Assembly (NCBI GenBank): GCA_963708075.1
Contig: OY970194.1
Location: forward strand, 2,496,001-2,560,000
Reading direction: 5' to 3'
DNA: 64,000 bases
Origin: Sedimentisphaerales bacterium
GTDB taxonomy: Bacteria; Planctomycetota; Phycisphaerae; Sedimentisphaerales; Anaerobacaceae
In this document: piece by piece, positions 11,587 through 20,573 of the stretch
How positions within the stretch are numbered: position 1 is the first letter of the stretch
Layout: every line of letters starts with the position of its first letter
Notes under the pieces: generated by a model
What the model was told of the DNA's origin: nothing
Databases searched by the model: none
What the model saw: the letters and a program-made list of their open reading frames with translations, nothing else
Position numbers and translations under genes: made by a program

Positions 11587-11785
11587 ATCGCGTCCTTTAC
11601 AGATTAAGACGCCCGAAACGGAAATCTATTACACGGAAAATGCGAGAATTCCGGCCCGGGCCTTATCGACAGGATGAATCGATTGGACGCGGATCGGGTT
11701 TTGTGTTTCAATATGCAGCGGCACCGGCCAGTTGAAACGTCGACCGGTTGTGATCGGTAATGATGACATCGTACGGAGACAACTT

Positions 11786-11884
11786 GTGTTAGGCCTGCTA
11801 CTGAGCCCAAGCGAAGTCGTGGTGCTCATGATCATCACGGCGGTCGTTGTGTACCTCGCCTCGCGCAAGAGTCGAACGAAGTAG
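11786..11884 (+). CDS. Putative 32-aa single-TM small protein
   Basis: GTG start 7 nt after GGAG; MLGLLLSPSEVVVLMIITAVVVYLASRKSRTK* (hydrophobic helix plus basic tail). Confidence 0.5.
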   Translation: MLGLLLSPSEVVVLMIITAVVVYLASRKSRTK

Positions 11885-11913
11885 TCTTCCGCAGAAAGCG
11901 GGCCGCTGCAAGC

Positions 11914-12336
11914 CTACTGGCTCCAATCCCGTCTTGCTCTCTCGCTCTTGATGCGACTGCGTTGTCTTTTCTCCTCGAGCCGCCGCTCACGAGCGGACGT
12001 AGGGATCCTGGTCTTCCTGCGAATAGGCAGTGGCTTCAGAGCCTCCTGCAGAAGTTGCTGTAATCGCTCCACCGCCGCCTGGCGGTTGGCCTCCTGCGAG
12101 CGATGTCTCTGTGAGACGACGTGGAGAATCCCGTGTCGATCCATTCGGGTCGAGAGCTTGCTCGCGATGCGTTGCTTCTGCTCCTCGGACAAGCTCGGCG
12201 ATTGGCTCACGTCCAAGAGCACAGTGACTCGCGTGTTGAGCTTGTTGACGTTCTGCCCGCCGGGACCACCGCTCCGCGAGGTCTTGAATGTCAGCTCCTC
12301 TTCCGAGATGAACGTGTTTTCACCGATCTCAATCAT
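11914..12336 (-). CDS. arfB: Alternative ribosome-rescue peptidyl-tRNA hydrolase ArfB (YaeJ)
   Basis: SRSGGPGGQNVNK (GGQ), RSQEANR, basic tail RRKTRIP...RRLEEKRQRSRIK. Confidence 0.93.
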   Translation of the reverse strand: MIEIGENTFISEEELTFKTSRSGGPGGQNVNKLNTRVTVLLDVSQSPSLSEEQKQRIASKLSTRMDRHGILHVVSQRHRSQEANRQAAVERLQQLLQEALKPLPIRRKTRIPTSARERRLEEKRQRSRIKSERARRDWSQ

Positions 12337-12484
12337 GTCCGATCCGGGAACGCCTTTCGCCTCCATGATATCCCGTGTGCCGGCAAGCACAACCAAATAT
12401 GCACGCCCGTTCACTGCGTTCTCGGGGCGGTGCGGCCGGCCGTCGACGCCGGATTCGGGCCGCGTTGAGGGCCTTTACCGGCGA

Positions 12485-13768
12485 TCAATACGAGCGGGCC
12501 ACGTCATGGTTGTGGTATGCGACCCGCGGCCGAGCCCGCAGCACCACCCCGGCGCCCGCGGCCGGCGTTGGACGTTGGCTTTGTTTCGCACGGCCGTCCC
12601 CGTTCGTAGTGACGCCGCAAGGCGTTTGGCGGGAAGTGTCAAGTGCAGGTCCACCGCTTGACACTTGACACTTCAAACTTGAAACTCCCCCCTGAATTGG
12701 CTTTGTTTCGCACGATGGTTTGTCCTCGGCCGCCGGCCCAGCCTCACGTGACACTTCACACTTCAAACTTGAGACTTCCCCCGATTGGCTTTGTTTCGCA
12801 CGATCCGTTTCACAGGGTAGGCAGTGCCCACCTTCCACCGTCACAGATTGGCTTTGTTTCGTGCAGTCGCTTACGACAGTATGGGTGGCAGCGTCAAGCG
12901 AAGCTTGGCGATGGTCTTCCTGAGGCTCCTCGAATTGGCTTTGTTTCGCGTAATCAGTCTCGCAGGGTGGGCTGTGCCCACTTTCCACCGTCACAGATTG
13001 GCTTTGTTTCGCACAGTCGCTTACGACAGTATGGGTGGCAGCGTCAAGCGAAGCTTGGCGATGGTCTTTCTGAGGCGCCTCAAATTGGCTTTGTTTCGCA
13101 GAATCGCTCGTCCCCTCCCGGGTGGCATCGTCAAGCGCAGGCTTGCCGATGGCGTCAGGATGCAGCCCAACACCATCGGCAAGCTCCGCAGGCTGCGCTT
13201 GCCGCTGCCACCCGTCACTGCCTGACACTTGACACTTCACACTTGAAACTTCTTCCCCTGCTTTTCCCTCCCGCCGGACCTGTCGCAGTTCCTTCATCGT
13301 CCGGTACAGGCTGCTCTCGATCCGCCGCTCATGCATCGATAGCCGGTCGAGGGTCCTTGTCTCGGCGAAGTCGCGTGCGACCGCCCGCCCGAAGGCCAAC
13401 TCGGCCCTGGCCGATGGATCGCGGTTCTCACGGCAGCACTTGACCCAGCCGTCGCCACGATCCGCCTCAAGGAGATAGTCGAGGGCCTCATCCTGCATGC
13501 GTTCGGCCCGTTTGAGCCGCCACCAGAGACCGACGATGCGTTCCGCCATCGCCTCTTCCTCCGGCCCATCCGGAGCCAGCTTCCGGAGCATCCGGCTGCG
13601 GTGCAGCTCGAATTCCTGCGAATCTTCGTTCCTGAGCACGGCCTGGCGGGCCCACAGGCCATGCTTGACGGCGTTCTGCGCCACGACGGCCTTGCCCTCT
13701 GTGGTGCGGGGTCCGGTGGATTTGGCGGCGTTACGACGGTTGGCGGCGACTCGTGCCTGGCTACCCAT
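12485..13768 (-). CDS. Hypothetical protein: ANRRNA..STGPRT.EGK..NA.KHGL N-terminal domain plus repetitive C-terminus
   Basis: GGAGG RBS before the ATG at 13768; ordered N-terminal ~165 aa followed by AKQSQ repeats. Confidence 0.75.
   Translation of the reverse strand: MGSQARVAANRRNAAKSTGPRTTEGKAVVAQNAVKHGLWARQAVLRNEDSQEFELHRSRMLRKLAPDGPEEEAMAERIVGLWWRLKRAERMQDEALDYLLEADRGDGWVKCCRENRDPSARAELAFGRAVARDFAETRTLDRLSMHERRIESSLYRTMKELRQVRREGKAGEEVSSVKCQVSGSDGWQRQAQPAELADGVGLHPDAIGKPALDDATREGTSDSAKQSQFEAPQKDHRQASLDAATHTVVSDCAKQSQSVTVESGHSPPCETDYAKQSQFEEPQEDHRQASLDAATHTVVSDCTKQSQSVTVEGGHCLPCETDRAKQSQSGEVSSLKCEVSREAGPAAEDKPSCETKPIQGGVSSLKCQVSSGGPALDTSRQTPCGVTTNGDGRAKQSQRPTPAAGAGVVLRARPRVAYHNHDVARSY
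12575..13100. repeat. Array of 7 copies of TTGGCTTTGTTTCG with variable spacers; includes a 150-bp tandem duplication
   Basis: Copies start at 12575, 12697, 12785, 12848, 12935, 12998, 13085; 12785-12934 is approximately duplicated at 12935-13084. Confidence 0.9.
13120..13213. repeat. Palindromic repeat family A, divergent copy 4 (inside CDS 12485..13768); half copies at 12883 and 13033
   Basis: GGGTGGCATCGTCAAGCGCAG...CTGCGCTTGCCGCTGCCACCC. Confidence 0.85.
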
Positions 13769-13787
13769 GGGAAACCTCCGGAATCTA

Positions 13788-13816
13788 TGATTTTTGATGT
13801 TTGATTTTTGATTTGA
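13788..13816. repeat. Short tandem heptamer repeat (TGATTTT-like)
   Basis: tgatttt tgatgtt tgatttt tgatttg. Confidence 0.8.
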
Positions 13817-14187
13817 ACATGGCCGCAGGCCTGCCGGGTGCGCCGGCGCCCGGTGAGACGTGGTCATCAGACCATATACTAAAGACGCTCCAGAGGGCGA
13901 AATGTTTCAGGAATGTTGGTTATATAGTGACATTATACGCAAGCCCTTGTGGCCCAGAGACTTACATCGCCTTATTTTTTGTGCCCAGGACAGAAGGCGG
14001 GCATGCGCCACCCTGCGACGGCGGCGACGAGTGCTCCGAGCGCACCCCTTGGCGCAGCGAATGGCGGTTCTCGTGGCGGTCGAGGGCATCAAAAGAAATG
14101 CATTCAACGCGATCAGAGCATCGCTCAGGGATTCGTCCCGAGTTTGAGTCTCTTGCCGCGGCTGGAGGACAACAACCGGCCGAGGAT

Positions 14188-14655
14188 TCAGTCTTCGTCC
14201 GGACGATAGGCGATGTCCGCGATCTCCGGCTGGGCCAGCGAGAGGTAATCCTCCATCCTCATGTGGATTGCCCGATCGTGGCTGCCCGCCTGGAAGACGA
14301 TGTGGTCGTCGCAGGTCAGGGCCTGATCCATGATGGTGCGGACATCATACAGCTTGCCAAATGGCGGCTCCGCCCCCTCCTCGCAGTCCGGGAACAGCTT
14401 GCGAGTCTCCTCTTCGCTCGCCATCGTGATCTCCTGAGTGCCGAGATAGTCTCGGAGCTTGTCGAAGACCACTTTGTGAGGCGCCGCGAGCACGCACATG
14501 ATGTAACCACGATCGGACTTGATGATCACGGGCTTTGCTACAAACTGGCCTCTCTCATGTTCCTCTGCCGCCACTATTTGGGCTGAATATGCCGGCTCAT
14601 GCTCGCTGACCGAGTAATCGGCGCGAGACTGGTCCAGATAGTCAAAGATCTTCAT
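14188..14655 (-). CDS. YbaK/EbsC family aminoacyl-tRNA deacylase
   Basis: HEPAYSAQ, VAKPVII, MASEEE...FPDCEEGAEPPFG, FQAGSH; AAGGAG RBS. Confidence 0.88.
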   Translation of the reverse strand: MKIFDYLDQSRADYSVSEHEPAYSAQIVAAEEHERGQFVAKPVIIKSDRGYIMCVLAAPHKVVFDKLRDYLGTQEITMASEEETRKLFPDCEEGAEPPFGKLYDVRTIMDQALTCDDHIVFQAGSHDRAIHMRMEDYLSLAQPEIADIAYRPDED

Positions 14656-15483
14656 GACTGTCTCCTTCAGGCCGAATCGGTATCCGTATTGCTGAGCCCA
14701 CATTACCCGGCGACCCAGCCGTGGGGAATCAGGATACGCCTCAATAGGCACGGGGGAATTTCCCATCATCATTCCTGTCGAGAATTTGCACAGGCGACGA
14801 TTTTTTGAGTCCGGCGACGAAATTTCCTTCGGCCCCACTTTGCAGGTTATCGGGGCTAAGTGGGGCAGACCATCGTACACAGGAGAACGCCCGCCACGTG
14901 AATCACTGTGGGCCGGGGCAGCTTGGGAAACGGGGGAAAATGGCTTCCCCGCGACAGCGATTTACCCACCCGATTGACGCGATTGCCCGTCGGCCGCGGG
15001 TCCCCAGAAAGGCTCAAGAGCCGTTGTCGCGCCTGCCGATTGGACATGTAGAACGATTAGAACGCAGCGTCAATGACATAAGGGGGTCCATTGACGAAGA
15101 CAAGCGTAGCAACTCATTGACATCTATATAGCCGATGGAACTTTCGCCCCTGGGCAGCGACTGGCGGGTATTTCAAACATATACCTAACTGGCATTGGGA
15201 ATATCCTCGCACAGGCTCCGCAGGGGCTTTTTCTTTGTTCCGATTGATTATGGAAGCAGTAGACATCCTCAAACAAGCAGCGGGGATGAGGCTGGAAGAC
15301 GAGGACGGCGGAGTCGAGAACCGGCGACGGCTTCTCGTGGGGCCGCTACGGCCCGCGGACCGTCAACAAGCGTTTCGGCGAGAAACGCATCTTCGCCTAT
15401 CAGATGCGCAAATCCTTCTGGCAGCGCCTGCTGGGAAAGTGACGCTCTCAGGCCTGATTCAAGATCGGGTAACAATCCTGGGC

Positions 15484-15564
15484 GGGTGGCAGCGTCAAGG
15501 TCGAAGGCCTTGGCGATTGGCGGATGGGCGAACCATCGCCAAGCTGCGCTTGACGCTGCCACCC
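15484..15564. repeat. Palindromic repeat family A, copy 5 (opposite orientation)
   Basis: GGGTGGCAGCGTCAAGG...GCTTGACGCTGCCACCC. Confidence 0.9.
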
Positions 15565-15625
15565 GTTGCACGTTATAGGAGTGTTACCTCGGGATGCGGG
15601 AAATCGAACCAAGCCCACTCTCATG

Positions 15626-17047
15626 TCACGGACGGATTCTGCCTGAAAACGTCACGATGCTCTGGGAGGTCATCTCAAAGGCGGCTTTGCCTTCCTTGAC
15701 AGGGACTTCCCCCACCACCGCCAGATTCTCTGAGGCAGAAGTGCGATGGGCCTCCAGCGAGACGAAGCCTTTGAGATTGCGGAAGGAAAGGTTCAGGGGC
15801 TGGTTCTGGTCGGTGGAATTCAGGGCGACGACGGTCAGCTCGCCGTTCTTCTCGTGGAGGAAGGCACCGACCTGGACAGCAGCGAAACCCGGCTCTGCGT
15901 CGATGCGCTGGGCACCGGGACGGATGAACTTCGTATAGTGCATCGCCGTGTAGGTTTTCGGCGTGTAACCGCTCATCTCCATGAGGGCGTGAACGGTTTT
16001 TCTGCCCTCGGTGATCTGCCAGGGCACGAAGGCCGAGCAGTTGCCGGCCACCAGCGCGTTGTGCAGAGCGTTGCCGACACCTTTTTGGATGGGGGCGGGC
16101 CAGTCGTGGTCGCCCGTGCCGCCCTCGGTGATCCAGAAGGGCTTGCCGGTGTCCTTGATCAGCTCCCAGAACTGGCGCGACGAATTGGCGGACATCTCCG
16201 CCTTGACCCCGTCCTCGTAGCCATGAGTGGCAAAGACGCCGAGGGCTTGCAGGGCCTTGGGATTGTCCCGCACGGCTTTCACATAGGAGCCCGTGCCGCC
16301 TTCGTAGAGATGGCTGGTCATGGTCTCGGGCCCGAAGATTTTTACGTGGCTGTAGCCCTCCGCATCGAGCGTCTCGCGGAGCATGACGACAATGGCGGCG
16401 AGGTCCTTGCCGTCCCAGACACAGCTTTCGAACGACTGGGAAAACTGCACCTCGTTGCCCGGGCTGACGGCGTAGAACGGCACGCCTTGTTTGTCGTGGA
16501 TCTTCACGTACTCCACCATCCACTTGCAGAAGTGCCGAAAGTACTTCGGGTCAACGCGGTTGTTGTTCGTGCCGTAGCCGCCGGCGCGGATGGCGCTGGA
16601 CTTTGTGTCCGTGATCGACTTGTTGACCTTCATCCAGGCGGGCGGGCTCCAGACCGTTCCGATGATCTTGGTATTCGGATCGATCTTACGGATGCCCCGG
16701 CCGAAGTCGATGAAGATCTGGGGCCGGCCGCCGTCGGCGCCCATGTTGAAATCCTCGCAGCGGATCTGAGTCCAGTCCTCCGTCGGCTTCTCGAACGTGG
16801 GACCCCACATGTTCACGCGCAGCATGCTACAACCGACGCCCTCGACGTAGATTCTCTGGAATTCCTCCGTGCGATAGAGGTCGCGGAATCGGCCGACCCA
16901 TGCGATGAGGCACGTCCCGAAACCCTCCATCGTCTGATAGCGCTTGGCCCCATCGACCACAACATCCGTCGCCGAGGCGGGAGCCGCAAGGCCTGCAATA
17001 CCTGCAATGACCAGAAATGCAGTCAGCTTCGTGGACTTGGAACGCAT
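15626..17047 (-). CDS. Secreted glycoside hydrolase family 30 (xylanase-like)
   Basis: YQTMEGFG, WSPPAWMK, SPGNE (acid/base), WITE (nucleophile), KFIRPGA.R; signal peptide. Confidence 0.82.
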   Translation of the reverse strand: MRSKSTKLTAFLVIAGIAGLAAPASATDVVVDGAKRYQTMEGFGTCLIAWVGRFRDLYRTEEFQRIYVEGVGCSMLRVNMWGPTFEKPTEDWTQIRCEDFNMGADGGRPQIFIDFGRGIRKIDPNTKIIGTVWSPPAWMKVNKSITDTKSSAIRAGGYGTNNNRVDPKYFRHFCKWMVEYVKIHDKQGVPFYAVSPGNEVQFSQSFESCVWDGKDLAAIVVMLRETLDAEGYSHVKIFGPETMTSHLYEGGTGSYVKAVRDNPKALQALGVFATHGYEDGVKAEMSANSSRQFWELIKDTGKPFWITEGGTGDHDWPAPIQKGVGNALHNALVAGNCSAFVPWQITEGRKTVHALMEMSGYTPKTYTAMHYTKFIRPGAQRIDAEPGFAAVQVGAFLHEKNGELTVVALNSTDQNQPLNLSFRNLKGFVSLEAHRTSASENLAVVGEVPVKEGKAAFEMTSQSIVTFSGRIRP

Positions 17048-17556
17048 AATGCTCTCCTTTCAAACGGGCCGACACCCGGCCACGGTACATCCACTCGTGT
17101 TCAGTGACTCAACGCCGGCACAATCCTACCTGAAGGCTGAGCAGTCAAGCAAGACCGGCGAGGGTGAGAAGATAGGAAAACAATCGACGGATTCGTGCGT
17201 TCTTCCCGTTTTCCATTCATGCCCTTTGTGTCCGGCCACTCTGGGGGGCACTGATCTGGCTGCTGACAGGGCTTATCCACGCACCCAGATGGGCAGCGGC
17301 TGTCAAGTTGGCGTGCGGGGTGGGGGTGAGTGCCTGAATTGGCACCCTGGCGGCAGATACGGGGGTAACGCACAGAGCAGCGGTGAAATCTGGTATTTCG
17401 CTAAGTGATGCAAGAACAGGGATTTACAGATGACGGGGGCAAATTGGACCGGTAAGATGGGCCTCTGGTACATTTTTTGCAGGTTAACCTTGCCTATGCG
17501 ATCATTCATTGAGAAAAATCGTTGATAACGCATGCACTTTAAGGAGGCACGCAATT

Positions 17557-19206
17557 ATGGCAGCGAAAGAATTGGCGTTTCAAGCGGATGCCCGAGCCAA
17601 GCTGTTAACCGGGGTGGAGAAGCTGGCGGCGGCGGTCAAAGCGACGCTCGGCCCTCGCGGGCGCAATGCCGTCATCGACAAGAGCTGGGGCGGCCCGACT
17701 GTGACCAAGGACGGCGTTACCGTCGCCGATGAGATCGAACTGAAAGACAAGGCGGAGAACCTCGGGGCAAAGCTCGTAAAGCAGGCAGCCAGCAAGACTT
17801 CCAAGGTCGCCGGCGACGGGACAACCACCGCCACCGTGCTGACCGAGGCCCTGTTCAAGGAGGCCTACAAGAACCTGACGGCGGGCGCCGACGCGATGGC
17901 GCTGAAGCGAGGCATGGACGCGGCCGCCAAGGCAGTCACCGATAAGCTCGCCTCGCTGGCAAAGCCGGTGGACATCACCAAGACCAACGATATCGTCAAC
18001 GTGGCGTCCATCTCCGCCAACAACGACCGCGAGATCGGCAAGATTATGGCCGATGCGTTCCAGCGGGTCGGGAAAGACGGCGTGATCACGGTCGAGGAGG
18101 GCAAAAGCTTCGAGACCACCGTCGAGTTCGTCGAGGGCATGCAATTCGACCGCGGGTATCTCTCGCCGCACTTCGTTACCGACCCGGACAAGATGGTCTG
18201 CGAGTTGGAAAGGCCCTTCATCCTCGTGCACGAGGAGAAAATCAGCAATATCGGCAAGCTGATCCCGCTGCTGGAGAAGACGGCCCAGGCGAAGCGGTCG
18301 CTGCTGATCATCGCCGAGGACGTCGAAAGCGAGGCGCTTGCGACGCTGGTTGTCAACAAGCTCAAGGGGATCCTGAAAGTCGCGGCCGTGAAGGCCCCCG
18401 GCTACGGCGACCGCCGAAAGGCCATGCTCCAGGACATCGCCATCCTGACCGGGGCCGAGCCCATCTTCAAGGACCTCGGAATCGAGCTCGACAAGGTCAC
18501 GATTTCGCAACTCGGCCAAGCCCGCAAAATCACCATCGACAACGACAACACGACAATCGTCGAGGGCGCAGGCAGCCAGGAAGCGATCAACGGCCGCATC
18601 AAGCAGATCAAGGACGAGATCGAAACCATCACGAGCGACTACGATCGTGAGAAGCTCCAGGAACGCCTGGCCAAGCTGACCGGCGGCGTCGCCCAGATCA
18701 ACGTCGGGGCCGCCAGCGAGGCGGAGATGAAAGAGAAGAAGGCACGAATCGAAGACGCTCTGCACGCGACCCGTGCGGCAATCGAGGAAGGCATCGTGCC
18801 GGGCGGCGGCGTGGCTTTGATTCGTTGCATGGATGTCGTCAAGTCGTTGAAGCTGCACGGCGACGAGAAGACCGGGGCCGAGATTCTGGTCAAGGCGCTG
18901 CGAACGCCCTGCTACTGGATTGCACAGAACGCCGGCGCAACGGCCAACCTCGTGGTCAATAAAGTGGCCGAGGGCACGGGCGGCTTCGGCTACAACGCGA
19001 ACACGGACACCTACGAGGACCTCGTGGCGGCCGGCGTGATCGATCCGGCGAAAGTGACTCGCATCGCCCTGCAGAACGCTGTGAGCATTGCGGGGCTGCT
19101 GCTGACCACCGACTGCCTGGTCACCGAGAAGCCCAAGCCGAAGGAACAGATGCCCGGCGGCCCGCACGGTCACGGCATGGGCGGCGAAGACATGGACATG
19201 ATGTGA
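17557..19206 (+). CDS. groEL: Chaperonin GroEL (copy 1)
   Basis: [43 protein letters not shown]-rich tail; AAGGAGG RBS. Confidence 0.98.
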   Translation: MAAKELAFQADARAKLLTGVEKLAAAVKATLGPRGRNAVIDKSWGGPTVTKDGVTVADEIELKDKAENLGAKLVKQAASKTSKVAGDGTTTATVLTEALFKEAYKNLTAGADAMALKRGMDAAAKAVTDKLASLAKPVDITKTNDIVNVASISANNDREIGKIMADAFQRVGKDGVITVEEGKSFETTVEFVEGMQFDRGYLSPHFVTDPDKMVCELERPFILVHEEKISNIGKLIPLLEKTAQAKRSLLIIAEDVESEALATLVVNKLKGILKVAAVKAPGYGDRRKAMLQDIAILTGAEPIFKDLGIELDKVTISQLGQARKITIDNDNTTIVEGAGSQEAINGRIKQIKDEIETITSDYDREKLQERLAKLTGGVAQINVGAASEAEMKEKKARIEDALHATRAAIEEGIVPGGGVALIRCMDVVKSLKLHGDEKTGAEILVKALRTPCYWIAQNAGATANLVVNKVAEGTGGFGYNANTDTYEDLVAAGVIDPAKVTRIALQNAVSIAGLLLTTDCLVTEKPKPKEQMPGGPHGHGMGGEDMDMM

Positions 19207-20555
19207 TGCGTATGCCCAAGCAGCATATCCATAGCCGGATGTCTCCATGGCTCGTGTGGGCGTTGCTGCTCTCGGTCGCAGTGGCGATACATGCGCAGGA
19301 CGCCCCAAGCCCGGAGAAGCGGACCGAATGGTTCCGGCAGGACAAGTTCGGCCTGTTCATCCATTGGGGCATCTACTCGGTGCCCGCCGGCGAGTGGAAA
19401 GACGGCAAGAACCACGCTGAATGGATCATGCTCACGGGCAAGATTCCATCTGTGGAGTATGAGAAGTTCGCCACGCAGTTCAACCCGGTGAAGTTCAACG
19501 CTCAGGAGTGGGTCCAGCTCGCCAAAGACGCCGGCATGAAGTACGTCGTCATCACGAGCAAGCATCACGACGGCTTCTGCATGTATGACAGCAAGCTGAC
19601 GGATTACGACATCATGCAGGCGACACCGTTCGGGCGCGATCCGATGAAGGAGCTGGCCTCCGCGTGCAACCTGGCGGGGCTGAAGTTCTGCTTCTACCAC
19701 TCCGTTGTGGATTGGCATCACCCGGAATTTCCTGCGAAGTACTCCCAGCGCGGCTGGCACGGCGATCCAAACCCGAACGCCGATCTGGAGAAATACGTCG
19801 CCTATATGAAGGGACAGGTCCGCGAGCTGCTGAGCAACTACGGGCCTATCGGGATCATGTGGTTCGACGGCGGCGGCTCGTTCCGCGGCCAGCCGATGGC
19901 CGAGCTGGTCCATGCCCAGGAGATCATCGAGATGATCCGGGAGCTGCAGCCGATGTGCATCGTCAACGACCGCCTCGGGTTGCCCGCGGATTACGGCACG
20001 CCGGAGCAGCACATCCCGGGCCAGGCGCCGAAGAACCTCTTTGAAGTGTGCATGACCCTGAATGGCCACTGGGGCTACAACAAGTACGATAACGACTGGA
20101 AATCGCCTGAAACGATCATCCGCAACCTCGCCGACATCGTCGGCAAGGGCGGCAACTACCTGCTCAACGTCGGTCCGACCGCCGAAGGGACAATTCCTGA
20201 AGGCTCGGTCCGCACCCTCCGAGAGGTCGGCAAGTGGATGAGCGTCAATGGCGAGAGTATCTATGGGACGACCGCCAGTCCATTTGCGGAAACGCCCTGG
20301 GGCCGCTGCACGGCCAAGCCGGGCAAGCTGTACCTGCACGTGTTCAACTGGCCGACTGACGGCCGGCTGCTCGTGCCCGCCCTGCAAAACAAGGTGACCA
20401 AAGCGTATCTGCCGGCCGCTAAAGACCAGCCCTACCAGGTCACGCAGGGTGACGAGCAGGTCACGGTGGCCGTGCCCCAGAAAATGCCGGACCTGATCGA
20501 TACGGTGGTCGTGCTGGAAATCGAAGGCGAGCCCGATGTGACGCCGGCGCAATAG
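19206..20555 (+). CDS. Secreted alpha-L-fucosidase, GH29 (copy 1)
   Basis: WF...KFGLFIHWG, KHHDGF, WFDG, NDR, LLNVGP; signal peptide; ATG overlaps the groEL TGA. Confidence 0.92.
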   Translation: MRMPKQHIHSRMSPWLVWALLLSVAVAIHAQDAPSPEKRTEWFRQDKFGLFIHWGIYSVPAGEWKDGKNHAEWIMLTGKIPSVEYEKFATQFNPVKFNAQEWVQLAKDAGMKYVVITSKHHDGFCMYDSKLTDYDIMQATPFGRDPMKELASACNLAGLKFCFYHSVVDWHHPEFPAKYSQRGWHGDPNPNADLEKYVAYMKGQVRELLSNYGPIGIMWFDGGGSFRGQPMAELVHAQEIIEMIRELQPMCIVNDRLGLPADYGTPEQHIPGQAPKNLFEVCMTLNGHWGYNKYDNDWKSPETIIRNLADIVGKGGNYLLNVGPTAEGTIPEGSVRTLREVGKWMSVNGESIYGTTASPFAETPWGRCTAKPGKLYLHVFNWPTDGRLLVPALQNKVTKAYLPAAKDQPYQVTQGDEQVTVAVPQKMPDLIDTVVVLEIEGEPDVTPAQ

Positions 20556-20573
20556 GAGAGATCGAAACACCCT

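Noticed and set aside
12785..13084. Diversity-generating retroelement TR/VR pair
   Set aside because: Differences between the two 150-bp units are not adenine-specific, and no reverse transcriptase is present.
12575..13100. Canonical CRISPR array
   Set aside because: The repeat is only 14-17 bp, spacing is irregular (63-122 bp), spacers are duplicated, it lies inside an ORF, and there are no cas genes. Kept as a different kind of finding.
17273..17281. DnaA box / origin
   Set aside because: A single near-match (TTATCCACG) with no cluster or AT-rich unwinding element.
17308..17336. CIRCE (HrcA) operator upstream of groEL
   Set aside because: TTGGCGTGC-N11-GAGTGCCTG has only one fair half-site and the spacer is not 9 bp.
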